DNA of 64,000 nt, from NCBI GenBank assembly GCA_963718615.1, contig OY970368.1, positions 2,048,001 to 2,112,000 of the forward strand, in the 5' to 3' direction. The notes beneath the pieces were generated by a model, which worked only from the letters and a program-made list of their open reading frames with translations, did no database searches and was not told the origin of the DNA. Shown one piece after another: positions 22,301-31,734 of the stretch. Every line of letters begins with the position of its first letter. Within the stretch, counting starts at the first letter, position 1. The translations under genes and the position numbers were made by a program. Origin of the DNA: an uncultured cyanobacterium. GTDB taxonomy: Bacteria > Cyanobacteriota > Cyanobacteriia > PCC-9006 > JAAUQQ01.

Positions 22301-25164
22301 GAAAGTATTCCATTGTTAACGGCGATCGCTCCCCCATAGCGTGTTGCCACATTATTTTGAAATGTGGTATTATCCACTGTCAGCGTTTCATAATTGTTAA
22401 TGGCACCCCCATCTTGGGTCGCTTGATTGGCGTCAAAGAGCGAGTTACGAATTACCATCGTAGCGCCAACGTCGTTTTGGATTGCACCCCCGAAAGCCGT
22501 TGCAATATTGTTTTGAAATTGCGTGTTCTCTATCTGAAAATTACCGCCATCACTCGCCTCTAGACCGCCGCCAAATCTGGCTTGGTTATTGAGAAATTCA
22601 CTAAAGGCGATCGTGCCATTAGCATTCGACAGTCTTAAGCCGCCGCCGTCCCCAACCGCCGTGTTGTCCTGAAATGTTGCCGACTGAATATCAACCGATG
22701 TATTGACGGCAAAAATTCCTCCTCCGTGACTGGCTGCTTGATTGTGGTCAATAGAGGTATTTTGCAATGTAAGGGGTCCATTGCTCCATAGACCCCCACC
22801 ATTGGTTTGGCTAACGTTGGCACTTACTCCAATATTACTCAGATTCAGACGGCCTAAATTGTTATAAATTCCTCCTCCTCGATCTGAGGAGAGATTCCCG
22901 CTAATACCTGAGAAAAGGGCATTGACGGTACTTCCAGCGCCGATATTCGCAATGCCACCTCCCCGAACTGCCGAGTTTTGATCAACGCCAACGGCGTTTA
23001 GAGTTAATTGGCCGAGGTTATAAATTCCTCCTCCCTCATTGGTCGTCGTATTACCACTAATACCGCTATTTAAAATCTGGCTTGAACCGCTGAGAAAAAG
23101 CCCTCCTCCATCGACTGCGGCTTGATTTTGGGTGATGCTACTGTCCCGAATGATTAAGCTAGAAGTCGGTGCACTGCTATCGATTCCGCCTCCGTCTAGA
23201 CCAGACTGATTATTGAAAACCGCAACATTTTCTAGGGTTAAATTGCCTTCATTTAAGATACCTGCACCGGATTCTCCTGTGGGGGTTTGTCCGTTGACGA
23301 TCGCCACATTCCGAATCGTTGCTGTCGTCCCCGGTGCAACAAAGAAATTTCGAGACTGATTACTTCCGCTAATGGTTGTCGTTGCTAAATTTCCACCATC
23401 AATCGTGACATCCTTATTGATCGTTACTAGGGCAAAGCTTGGGTTCCCGCTATAAACGCCTGATCCTAAGTTGATCTGACGGGGGCCAGCCACATTACCG
23501 ATTGCATCGATCGCCTGCTGAATGGACTGAGTAGGAGAATTGATTTCCAGATTGACTTGATTGAGATTAAACGTTAATTCTCCGGTACTATTCAGGTTAA
23601 TTGAAGTTCCACCGACTCGATTAAAGCGTCGTCCCGTTAACGTTAGGGCGGCATTGCCGCCACCGGTTTGATTGATGGAGTTTCGCAACGTAATGTCGCC
23701 ATTGCCGCCGCTCCCGCTGCTGGTGGTAATGAAAACATTAGTACCGGTATTGAGAGCGCCTTCAATTTGGCCAGGGGAGATTTGGCTCGCGGTTCCCGTT
23801 GTGCTGGGGTCAAACAGCCCGCTGCTCAGAGATCCTGTGCCACTATTAATGATGTCAATGTCGCTGGGATCTAGGAGCCAGGTGCCTGGTATTCCTTGGG
23901 TTGCACTGGCATCAACCTGGGCGTCTTGAACATTCAGGACCGCTTTGCCCGAGGTTTCAAGCAGCCCGCCGTCGCCCCCCTGAGGCCCGCCCTGGGCGGT
24001 AGCGCTGCCTGCAAAACGGGTCTGCGCCTCAGACCAAACGGTGATCTGCCCGCCCTGGCCTTGAAGGGTGGCATCAGCCTGTAGCTGGCTCTGGCTATCC
24101 ACATTAACGATTTGGGCACGGGGTAAGTCACCTTGTCCTTGCTGATCGCCTCCGATCCGGATTTGTCCCCCCTGAGTTTCGCCGTTGGCCTCCAGGGTTG
24201 CATGGGCGAGCTGAATCTGTTGACCCAGCACCTGAATCTGACCTCCTTGGGTCCCGCTGGTGTTGATTTTGCCAGAGGCGATCGCCTCCCCCGCCCGCAA
24301 CGAAATCTGTCCTTGGGCGTTAATGGCGATGCCGGTTGCCTCCTGTACCGCCGGGGGCAGATCCGCCTGTGCTGTAATCGTGCTATCTGAGAACGTCGGT
24401 GCGTTGGTTTCGGTTGGGGGGGCAGGCAATGGGGCGGCAGGACCTGCCAGCCTGACTTTGAGTAAGCCCTGACCATAGTCCAACTGCACGGCTTGCCCCT
24501 GGGGCACCGCCATTAGCGTCACTTGACCTTCTGGGGCATTGAGTTGACCGGTATTGACAACGCTATCGCCAATTAGCGCCAAATCTTGACCCGGTTTGAC
24601 GTCCAGATTCCCTTGATTGATGACTGCACCACCGGGCTGATCGACTGCAAACGTTGCCCCTTGGGGATTGCCAAGCAATCGCTGATAATCATTCGATCCA
24701 ATCGCTGCAAATTGCCCATCAGAAAATTCTAGGGTACGGGCCGTTGTGGCGGTAAAGGCTCCGGACAGATCGAGTCGCGCATTCGGACCAAAGACGATGC
24801 CCTGGGGGTTGATCAAAAATAGCCGTGCGGTGCTATCTATTACGCGCAGCGTGCCGTCAATCTGGGAGGACTGCCCGCCGGTGACGCGCCCAAGGACATT
24901 TTCGACTTGGGGGCCGGGGGAGAATTCTGCGGTTTGCTGCTGGCTGAGGTTGAACTGGTCAAAGCTATGGAACAGGTTTTGTCCGGCTTGGGTGCCCCCT
25001 TGAATTTGGAAGCGATCGCCCGTTTGCAGAACGCTTGTACCGGTGCCGTCCGGTGCTGAAATAATCCCTGGAATCGATTGGGCCAGGGATTGAGGGCAAT
25101 ATCCCCCTGCAATCCCGAGGAGAATCGGCAAGGAAAGGCGAGAGGCAGATTGTGCAGAGTCCAT
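19333..25164 (-). CDS. Large secreted haemagglutinin-N / beta-helix (GGAI-FxxN repeats, choice-of-anchor-Q-like) / CHAT protein
   Basis: NLFHSF, LINPQG, GGLLETSG, WLLDP, many N.A..GG(A/G)I repeats, DQRG...DIGAFE, CHAT LHLATHA and FSACAT, HPFYWAAF. Confidence 0.88.
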   Translation of the reverse strand: MDSAQSASRLSLPILLGIAGGYCPQSLAQSIPGIISAPDGTGTSVLQTGDRFQIQGGTQAGQNLFHSFDQFNLSQQQTAEFSPGPQVENVLGRVTGGQSSQIDGTLRVIDSTARLFLINPQGIVFGPNARLDLSGAFTATTARTLEFSDGQFAAIGSNDYQRLLGNPQGATFAVDQPGGAVINQGNLDVKPGQDLALIGDSVVNTGQLNAPEGQVTLMAVPQGQAVQLDYGQGLLKVRLAGPAAPLPAPPTETNAPTFSDSTITAQADLPPAVQEATGIAINAQGQISLRAGEAIASGKINTSGTQGGQIQVLGQQIQLAHATLEANGETQGGQIRIGGDQQGQGDLPRAQIVNVDSQSQLQADATLQGQGGQITVWSEAQTRFAGSATAQGGPQGGDGGLLETSGKAVLNVQDAQVDASATQGIPGTWLLDPSDIDIINSGTGSLSSGLFDPSTTGTASQISPGQIEGALNTGTNVFITTSSGSGGNGDITLRNSINQTGGGNAALTLTGRRFNRVGGTSINLNSTGELTFNLNQVNLEINSPTQSIQQAIDAIGNVAGPRQINLGSGVYSGNPSFALVTINKDVTIDGGNLATTTISGSNQSRNFFVAPGTTATIRNVAIVNGQTPTGESGAGILNEGNLTLENVAVFNNQSGLDGGGIDSSAPTSSLIIRDSSITQNQAAVDGGGLFLSGSSQILNSGISGNTTTNEGGGIYNLGQLTLNAVGVDQNSAVRGGGIANIGAGSTVNALFSGISGNLSSDRGGGIYNNLGRLNLSNIGVSANVSQTNGGGLWSNGPLTLQNTSIDHNQAASHGGGIFAVNTSVDIQSATFQDNTAVGDGGGLRLSNANGTIAFSEFLNNQARFGGGLEASDGGNFQIENTQFQNNIATAFGGAIQNDVGATMVIRNSLFDANQATQDGGAINNYETLTVDNTTFQNNVATRYGGAIAVNNGILSILRSNFQNNTATSGGAVRHNTGNLAIADSNFINNQAQLYGGALSLLELQGNIQRTVIQGNQAGQFGGGINLENSSNLVLDTVTLSNNQSDINGGGLAAPNFQNFTGTITLKNSLVTDNHARDYGGGIGVNPIAAGGILNLVNSTIARNTAGLDGGGISLGQNSTFQGENITLSDNQAGRDGGGLNHYGTGQLIHATIAHNQADADGDGQGRGGGIMQGTAGGALTVANTIVAQNQAAIGPDLFGSFTDLNHNLIGIQTGSTGFTLSAFVGTHTAPIHPLLAPLGNYGGLTETIALLPGSVAIDQGSSNIPTDQRGLARWGNPDIGAFESQGFVITASGTPQTTEVNTAFASPIGLAIASNDGAPVDGGWVNFTVPSGITPEGNSQVAISGGQASLAIAATDLPATYTATATTPGLITPIPYQLTTTQPVIPPVINPIPSPIPSPIPTSVAHPNPVPTPLPVSNPGASSDPLSPATTADSNASKLPLIPLTSQQLISQWENTLALQSETALLTNANETVSLNPSTGLSLDPTTAGMLVQQSERNSSEDYRNYWDIASGETLSLGEIQARLRQARDSKGIASAVIYAFFRPPARQKAEATGISATSPNQLDQDLLTEQGRSPQLDQDHLNIVLVLPEGKAIAKTLPVQRQQVIPLAQLFRMAASDPDDEYGYQPTGRQFYQWLVEPFEPELEKNQITQLLFSLDEGLRTLPVAAMMDEETFVIERYALALVPSMSLMDARLPAKPPRQLLSMGADQFQTLAPLPAVATELQTISQSLGSDRPWLNEGFTLDNLLNQQQQQRPEILHLATHAVFQPGSAQDSFIQLWEEQLNLRKFRQLPWDLSNVDLLTFSACATALGSSDAELGFTGLAAASGVKSVLGSIWSVSDVGTLALMTDFYRQVSSANGLAAALQATQLHMLNGETRIENGQLLTAHQSIPLPPELQWLAPPAAESDPPSEVNSEVNSEPNAEPIRFTHPFYWAAFNLVGNPW

Positions 25165-25520
25165 AGTCTTCTACCGGTCGGTGCCCAAGGGCCACAAACT
25201 ACACTCAGACTGATGTCTAGGTCGGTTTGAGGCTGGAAGTGATTCGGGATCGATGGGTAGATGACGTAGGATTAGAATACCCAATGGGGTTGAGGAAGCG
25301 ACGCAGGTTTGTTGTCGTGCTCAACGACTTACGGCATCACAGGTTTTGGTAGGCCGCGCCCCCACAACCTTGACTAGAAAGGACTCAGATTCAAGCTTGC
25401 AAGCATCCAGAATATTCCAATTCAGTGCTTCTTGAGACAGCATTGAAGTTGCTCATATACCTCATTCAGGCGATCGCCTCGCCAACCAATCGTTCAAAGT
25501 CCAATGCAAACGGGCGAGGA

Positions 25521-26213
25521 TTAAAATAATGCTCTCGTTAAATCTGCGTTCAATAAATTGGCTCCCGTTAAATCCGTCTCTCGTAAATCTACCCCTTGCA
25601 AATTGGCTCCCGTCAAATCTGCATAGCTTAAGTCTGCTCCTTGCAAATTCGCATCCCGCAAATCCACAGCGACCCCTGGCTGCTCCAAGGAACGGCATAA
25701 ACTTGCACGACAAAGCCTAGCCCCTTGCAAATTGGCTCGACGCAGACTGGCCCCATCCAATCGCGCATAGCTTAGATCTGCGTTCTGCAAAATCGCATCT
25801 GATAAATCCGTTCGGTGGGTTGCACTGGTTCGCAAATCTGCATCAAAAAGGAGGGCATTGGTGAGATTTGCGCGCTGAAGATTGACCCCACTTAAAATTG
25901 CTTTACAGCAATGGGCTGCTACTAACTGAGCCTCTATCAAAATCGCACCACTTAAATCTGCTTCCCGTAAGCGAATCCCTTGGAGCAGAGCAGTAGAGAG
26001 ATCAGCCCCCCAGAAAATCGATTCACTCAAATCCCCAGCTTGCAAGTTTGCTTGACGCAAATCGCTTTTGCCAAAATGCGCCTGCCGCAGATCTGCACCG
26101 CTAAAATCAATTCCTCTGAGGCATGCACCCGTAAAGGCTGCCTCATGGATTTTAACCTGGGAAAAACAGGTTTCCCCCGCCGCATAGCGTTGCAAAATAA
26201 CTTGGCTATTCAC
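25521..26213 (-). CDS. Pentapeptide repeat protein
   Basis: Continuous A(D/N)Lxx repeats; N-terminal LQRYAAGE. Confidence 0.9.
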   Translation of the reverse strand: MNSQVILQRYAAGETCFSQVKIHEAAFTGACLRGIDFSGADLRQAHFGKSDLRQANLQAGDLSESIFWGADLSTALLQGIRLREADLSGAILIEAQLVAAHCCKAILSGVNLQRANLTNALLFDADLRTSATHRTDLSDAILQNADLSYARLDGASLRRANLQGARLCRASLCRSLEQPGVAVDLRDANLQGADLSYADLTGANLQGVDLRETDLTGANLLNADLTRALF

Positions 26214-26285
26214 TGCACGATCCCCTCAACCAATATGAACCAAACTACTGATTAAAAAACGATGACTTGCTTAGCTTAACTCGAC

Positions 26286-26666
26286 TTAATTCCCAAAATT
26301 CTGAATTTGGCGCTTGAGGCGATCGCTAATGCCATCACAAACAATCTCACACAACTCAAAAACCCGAGGATCAATAATTTTATAGTAGGCACTCACCCCC
26401 TTGGGTTGCCGCTCCAAAATTCCGGCCTGGGTCATAATCTTGAGATGCTTCGACAAATTGGCCTGACTAAACCCCGTGGCCTCGGTCAGCTCCATTACAT
26501 TCATCGGCCCCCCCCGCAAACAATTCAGGATCTGTAACCGGGTGACCTCCGATAGCACCTTGAAGTAGTCCGCAAGTAGCGCCAGACTATCGGGGGATAG
26601 CGACGAAGGAGATGAAGGCATAGGCAGCGGGCAATCAAAGTCCAAGAGGGAATGGGAGACCTCCAT
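26286..26666 (-). CDS. ArsR/SmtB family transcriptional regulator (true start 26666 or 26621; the 297-aa ORF is over-extended across feoA)
   Basis: FKVLSEVTRLQILNCL...NVMELTEATGFSQANLSKHLKIM..AGIL...YY.I.D..VFELCEIVC. Confidence 0.88.
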   Translation of the reverse strand: MEVSHSLLDFDCPLPMPSSPSSLSPDSLALLADYFKVLSEVTRLQILNCLRGGPMNVMELTEATGFSQANLSKHLKIMTQAGILERQPKGVSAYYKIIDPRVFELCEIVCDGISDRLKRQIQNFGN

Positions 26667-26710
26667 TTTACGGGACTCATCCTCTTTTTCTGAAGTCTGT
26701 GCAATAATCA

Positions 26711-26725
26711 TGAAAATAATTGTCA
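26711..26725. promoter_or_regulatory. Fur-type 7-1-7 inverted repeat upstream of feoA
   Basis: TGAAAAT-A-ATTGTCA, 21 bp before the feoA start. Confidence 0.6.
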
Positions 26726-26746
26726 ATAAAGCAGCGGATTTAAGCC

Positions 26747-26989
26747 ATGGGCCTATCTGAATTGCGGATTGGTGAAGTCGCCTTTGTTCAACAGGTGAAT
26801 ACAGAGACTCACGAAGCAGCGCTAAAGGGACGTTTTGAGGCATTGGGAATCTATAGCAATCGACCGATTCGCGTGTTGCGAAAAGCGAGATTTGGTGGAC
26901 CGCTCCATGTTCGGATCGGAGCAACGGCAGAAGTGGTCCTCCGGCGTCAAGAGGCGGCGCGAATTTTAGTGTGGTCGAAGCAATCATGA
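26747..26989 (+). CDS. feoA: Ferrous iron transport protein A
   Basis: LSEL..G....V; RFEALGI; KARFGGPLHVRIG; ATGA overlap with feoB. Confidence 0.9.
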   Translation: MGLSELRIGEVAFVQQVNTETHEAALKGRFEALGIYSNRPIRVLRKARFGGPLHVRIGATAEVVLRRQEAARILVWSKQS

Positions 26990-28845
26990 AACAGAACATC
27001 CAGATCAGTGAGCCTCTGGGGAGTACACGGGAACCCCGAGTTGTTTTGATTGGCATGCCGAACACAGGGAAGTCAACCTTGTTTAACCGTATTACAAAGG
27101 CTGCGGCCTCTGTGGGAAATTGGCCCGGCATGACGGTTTCCTTGCTCCAAGCCCAGGTGCAAATCCAGGGAAAAACCATAGAGGTTGTTGACCTACCGGG
27201 GATCTATGACCTCGGTGGCTTTTCTGATGACGAAAAGGTAGTTCAGGATTTTCTAGAGAATTTTGCGGTTGATTTAGTAATTATTGTCATTAATTCTGCA
27301 CAAATTGATCATCAAATTCGCTTGCTGTTGCAGGCTAAATGTCTCAATCTCCCCATTTTGGTCATTCTGAACATGGCCGATGAAGCGCAGCAGTATGGAA
27401 TTCGGATCGCGGTCGAAGAACTCTCTCGCCGATTAGAGTTGCCTGTGATTCTGCTCAGTGCGAAATATGGCAAAGCGGATCAAGTGATTGAGCAGGCCAT
27501 TGAGCAGGCGATCGCCCCATCCCTCTTCCAGTCGACGCCTGCTTCCCCCCTTCCCAACCTACTCGCCTGTCTTGGGGATCAAGCGGCGATCGCCCCCGCC
27601 ACCCTTGAGAACCTCCTGGCCGGTGTGGTAACCCTGTCTCCCCAACGGGGTGGATTGACGCCTCGAATTGATGCTTTGCTGTTGCATCCCGTTTGGGGAT
27701 TACCGCTGTTTTTTTCAGGCATGTTTTTGGTGTTCTGGCTGATTTGGAGTCTCGGTTTACCCGCCCAAGGACTCATGGGTCAACTTACCGATACTGTCCA
27801 AACATGGGTTTTAGAACCCTTGCTCGCGCCCTTACCACCCTTAATTCAAGATTTTTTCATCAATGGCTGTTGGAATGGCCTTGCAACGGTGGCTTCGTTT
27901 ATTCCCCTCATTCTGCTCTTCTTTATTTTGATGGCTGTCCTCGAAGATAGTGGCTATCTTTCTCGGTCTGCCTATTTGATGGATGCATTGATGGAAAGAC
28001 TGGGGCTAGATGGCCGCAGTTTCGTCATGCAAATGCTGGGGTTTGGTTGTAATGTGCCCGCATTAATGGGAACTCGGGTGATGCGATCGCGATCGCTCCG
28101 TTTACTCACCATGTTAGTCATTCCCTTTTCTCTTTGTTCAGCTCGACTTCAGGTTTTTGTCTTTATCTTGACCGCTGTTTTTTCAGATCAACGGGGGGCG
28201 ATCGCCCTATTTTCGCTCTATCTCCTCAGTTTTGCCGTCGCTCTGATCACCGCCGCCCTACTCCAAAACTTCTTTCCCCACAATGAGCCCTTTGTGCTCG
28301 AACTTCCACCCTATCGTTGGCCCACTTTCCGTCAAGTAATCCTGAGAAGCTGGATCGAGGTTAGGGATTTTCTGACCCGTGCTTCAGGGTTTATTCTTGT
28401 GGGCTGCATAGCAGTTTGGATGGTGACCAATCTTCCTCCTGGAGCGACTCAATTGGACAGTATCGGGGGCCAAATGGGTCAATGGCTCCAGCCAGTGATG
28501 GCTCCGCTGGGCATTGATCCCAAGCTAACCCTTGCCCTGATTTTTGGTTTTGTGGCGAAGGAAGTCGTCGTTGGAGCCTTAGCCGTCATCTATGGTTTAG
28601 GAGGATTGGGATTGAACGATGTCACGTTTCAGCACACGTTAGGGGCACAGATCAGTTTTGCCCAGGGCTATAGCTTTTGCATTTTTTGCCTCCTATATAC
28701 CCCCTGTCTTGCGACGCTGTCCACACTCCTGAATGAATCTAGATCCTGGAAGTTTATGCTATTCTCCCTGGGATTCTCGCTGCTCTTAGCCTGGGCAAGC
28801 AGTTTTGTCTTTTATCAAAGCGCCTTGTTATTAGGCTTTAGCTAG
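26986..28845 (+). CDS. feoB: Ferrous iron transport protein B
   Basis: GMPNTGKS, NWPGMT, DLPG, NMAD GTPase motifs; LEDSGY, GFGCNVPA, FVLELPPY, LYTPC. Confidence 0.95.
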   Translation: MKQNIQISEPLGSTREPRVVLIGMPNTGKSTLFNRITKAAASVGNWPGMTVSLLQAQVQIQGKTIEVVDLPGIYDLGGFSDDEKVVQDFLENFAVDLVIIVINSAQIDHQIRLLLQAKCLNLPILVILNMADEAQQYGIRIAVEELSRRLELPVILLSAKYGKADQVIEQAIEQAIAPSLFQSTPASPLPNLLACLGDQAAIAPATLENLLAGVVTLSPQRGGLTPRIDALLLHPVWGLPLFFSGMFLVFWLIWSLGLPAQGLMGQLTDTVQTWVLEPLLAPLPPLIQDFFINGCWNGLATVASFIPLILLFFILMAVLEDSGYLSRSAYLMDALMERLGLDGRSFVMQMLGFGCNVPALMGTRVMRSRSLRLLTMLVIPFSLCSARLQVFVFILTAVFSDQRGAIALFSLYLLSFAVALITAALLQNFFPHNEPFVLELPPYRWPTFRQVILRSWIEVRDFLTRASGFILVGCIAVWMVTNLPPGATQLDSIGGQMGQWLQPVMAPLGIDPKLTLALIFGFVAKEVVVGALAVIYGLGGLGLNDVTFQHTLGAQISFAQGYSFCIFCLLYTPCLATLSTLLNESRSWKFMLFSLGFSLLLAWASSFVFYQSALLLGFS

Positions 28846-29837
28846 GCCGAATGTTCCGGTTGCAATTGCAGGTCCGGCGCAGAGCCAAAGATTTTATCCG
28901 TAAAGCGCACATACCAGGCAGCGGCTTGCACTTGGATAATGTAGGCCATGGCAATAATCAAGGCAATTTCAGACCCTTTTTCACCGAAGGCGCTCATGGC
29001 GATCGCCAAAGCAATGGACAGATTGCGCATCACAGTACCGTAGACCAGGGCGATCGCATCACCTCGATTAAAGAAGAATTTGCCCACAAGGGTACTGAGT
29101 AGAAAGTTGCCAAGATAGAGGATCGCCAAGGGTAGCAAAAACGAAAGTAGCTCCATGGGATTATTCACAATAGCCTTAGATTTGATTGCCATGGCCACAA
29201 AGACAATGCCGAGAACGCCCAAGGTTGAAAATGTCGGAAACTTTTGTTTGAGGTTTTTGTTGTACTTGTCGACCCCGACCAGTTGAATCAAAATAATTCG
29301 CGTTGCAATCCCCAAAACCATGGGTAAGAAAACAATGATGATAATTTGTTTGAAAATTTCCCTTAAGGGGATTGTAACCACGGCTCCCATTAAAAACTTG
29401 GCGTAAAAAGGCGTGGCAACGGACCCTAAAATTAGACCAATTACGGTCATTTTGACCGCAGCACTAAGATTCCCTTTGGCAAATCCAGTCCAAGAAATCG
29501 TCATCCCACTGGTGGGCAATAGCGAAGCCAGCAGCAGTCCTAAAGCCACGAGGGGGCGATCGCCAAAGAAAAGCTTACCCATGCCAAAGGCAAAGAAGGG
29601 AACAATGGCAAAGTTAATCAGTTGGGTCACGAGCTGAACCTTATAGTCGCCACCAGAAAGAACCTTCTGAAATTGAAGGTTGATCATCATGGGATAAACC
29701 ATGAGAAATGTCAGGGGAATAATCAAAGACTTCAGCGGAGCAGGATTGACGATCGAACCCACGACGATCCCTGCAACCATAAAAATGGGAACGGACCAAA
29801 CCAGATTTTTCTGAAGAAATCCCAGTAACTTCCACAC
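28842..29837 (-). CDS. Acr3/BASS-superfamily (bile acid:Na+ symporter-like) transporter; probable GTG start near 29837 (ORF track start 29924)
   Basis: About 10 TM helices, FLMVYPMM, LLPTSGMTISWTGFAKGN, RNLSIALAIA. Confidence 0.8.
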   Translation of the reverse strand: MWKLLGFLQKNLVWSVPIFMVAGIVVGSIVNPAPLKSLIIPLTFLMVYPMMINLQFQKVLSGGDYKVQLVTQLINFAIVPFFAFGMGKLFFGDRPLVALGLLLASLLPTSGMTISWTGFAKGNLSAAVKMTVIGLILGSVATPFYAKFLMGAVVTIPLREIFKQIIIIVFLPMVLGIATRIILIQLVGVDKYNKNLKQKFPTFSTLGVLGIVFVAMAIKSKAIVNNPMELLSFLLPLAILYLGNFLLSTLVGKFFFNRGDAIALVYGTVMRNLSIALAIAMSAFGEKGSEIALIIAMAYIIQVQAAAWYVRFTDKIFGSAPDLQLQPEHSA

Positions 29838-29932
29838 GAGTTTTGAGCTCCCGTAATCTTGCAAATATTTTTCAAAACCGACGACGCGAGGCTTGAGAGA
29901 ATTAGAATGTCGATCGTCTTCCATTCAATATA

Positions 29933-29946
29933 TAACTAATTAGTTA
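29933..29946. promoter_or_regulatory. Perfect palindromic operator candidate abutting a -10-like TATATT on the minus strand
   Basis: TAACTAATTAGTTA. Confidence 0.65.
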
Positions 29947-30002
29947 ATTAGGCAATCAAGCAATTCTTGTGCCGCTGGCCATTGCCAAAAGAACACCTAG
30001 CC

Positions 30003-31637
30003 CTAAAACTGAAAGACCGTGCGCAGGCTACCCACCCAAATTGGGTCGTGATCCGCTTGATTTTCTGGGTTGATCACCACAAATAATCCAGGAATCAGCG
30101 CCACATGAGCATTGAGTCGATAGCGATACAGGGCTTCTAGATGCCAAGCCGAATCCTGCTCCTCCGGTCCACCGGTATTGCTGAGCACATGGGGCGGCTG
30201 GCCGAGGATGAAGCCTCCGTAGTTTCCCTTGCCACCCAGATCGGGCAGTCCTAGGGTGACCGCCCAGTTTAAGAGCGTGGCGCGATCGCCTGCCACAACA
30301 CTACCGCCAGAGGTCTCTGCATCCGCAAAGGTCATGCCCACCCAACCGGAGAGTGTTGCTGGTGCACCCAAGCGTAAGTTTGTTTCTAGACCCACATGGT
30401 CCGCTGAAGTCGCCAGATTACCAAAGGGCGCATTCGCGAGCCGACTGCCGGTTCCGCCTGCAACCGCAACCCCATCAACCGCGTAATAGGAATGAGCATA
30501 AGTCAGTCCCAGTTGAACAGTCTTGTTGGGTTGGTATTCAAGTTGGGTAAGAGCGGTGTAATTCCCCTTGAAAAGCCCGATATCGGCATTAGCAGCACTG
30601 TTTTCCTGGGCTAAGTACCCCAAAGAAAGTGTCAGTTGGTCACTGAGATCATAGGCAGCGGTGATACCTGTTCCTGGAAAACCTTGATAATAGATCGGGT
30701 TAAAACGTCCAAATCGCGACACGGAGCCGAGAGTGGGACTTGCCAAACTTCCATTAAACGTGTTCAACGTATTGGCATAGTAGGCCCCTTTGATGGCATC
30801 AACCTGGAGCTGAAGCCGATCATTAACCGGAAAACGGTAAAAGAGTTTGCCAATATCAAGGGTGTTTTGGGTATTGCGATCGAAATTGAGGCGCGTCATG
30901 TTCGTGCCAGTGGTTCGCGTGTTAAATGCCACTGGATTAAGCGCATCCAGACGAATTTTGAGCAGATCTTTGCCCGTAAAACTCGTATCTAGATTGAGCC
31001 GAAGCCGACTGCCCACCGCCAGATTTTCCGGCAAATCGGCTCCACTACCGTTAGGCTTTGTGTCACCCCTGAGTTGATCCAAGGAGAAGACAGCATCCCC
31101 TTGCAAACGCGTTGTAGGAGAGAACTGATGAGATTGCAATTCAGAGGTTTGAAGATCAAGGCGATCGAGTCGCTGATTGAGCGTCACGAGTTCCGCTTGA
31201 AAATCAGATTGAATTCGCTGAACCGCATCCCAATCCTCCTGAGGGATTTGCTCAAAGGAGAAGGTTGTGATTTTCGCTAAACATTGATCGAGAATATCGG
31301 CGAACTCATAACGGCTGATTGCCTGATTGCCTTGAAAAAGCTGCTCCGCAGGATTACGGAAGTCCGAAGGATTAGCCGGAACGCATTGGTATTTTTCCAC
31401 GAGCGATCGCAAAGCCTGAAAGGCCCAGTCCGTCGGCTGTACATCAGCTAATCGATCCACTAGGGGCAAAACTTCGGCAGCCTCAGCAAGCTCGACAGTC
31501 TCGGGGAGGCGATCGCCCAAGGGAACTTCTGCTGCGGCAACCCTTTCACCTTGGACCGCCCAAAACACGGGGAGGAGTAAAGCCAGCGTCAACTCCCCCA
31601 TTTTAGCAATTAGGAAAGGTCGAAATTGATATTTCAT
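30003..31637 (-). CDS. Cyanobacterial SLH/OprB outer-membrane porin (iron-uptake porin family); start uncertain (31637 or about 31600)
   Basis: LADVQPTDWAFQALRSLVEKYQC SLH motif, coiled coil, QFSPTTRL, RLNLDTSFTGKD, C-terminal Phe. Confidence 0.9.
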   Translation of the reverse strand: MKYQFRPFLIAKMGELTLALLLPVFWAVQGERVAAAEVPLGDRLPETVELAEAAEVLPLVDRLADVQPTDWAFQALRSLVEKYQCVPANPSDFRNPAEQLFQGNQAISRYEFADILDQCLAKITTFSFEQIPQEDWDAVQRIQSDFQAELVTLNQRLDRLDLQTSELQSHQFSPTTRLQGDAVFSLDQLRGDTKPNGSGADLPENLAVGSRLRLNLDTSFTGKDLLKIRLDALNPVAFNTRTTGTNMTRLNFDRNTQNTLDIGKLFYRFPVNDRLQLQVDAIKGAYYANTLNTFNGSLASPTLGSVSRFGRFNPIYYQGFPGTGITAAYDLSDQLTLSLGYLAQENSAANADIGLFKGNYTALTQLEYQPNKTVQLGLTYAHSYYAVDGVAVAGGTGSRLANAPFGNLATSADHVGLETNLRLGAPATLSGWVGMTFADAETSGGSVVAGDRATLLNWAVTLGLPDLGGKGNYGGFILGQPPHVLSNTGGPEEQDSAWHLEALYRYRLNAHVALIPGLFVVINPENQADHDPIWVGSLRTVFQF

Positions 31638-31734
31638 ACAGTCACTGAATAAGCTGAAAAGAGATACAGTTGCTTGTCCTTTTCTTTCAGGCATTAGCAA
31701 CCGTATCGATCCAACAACAACTAACTCCACTCAA

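Noticed and set aside
26667-27179. N-terminal extension making a 297-aa ArsR
   Set aside because: It overlaps feoA and feoB on the opposite strand; the ArsR domain occupies only the last ~110-125 codons.
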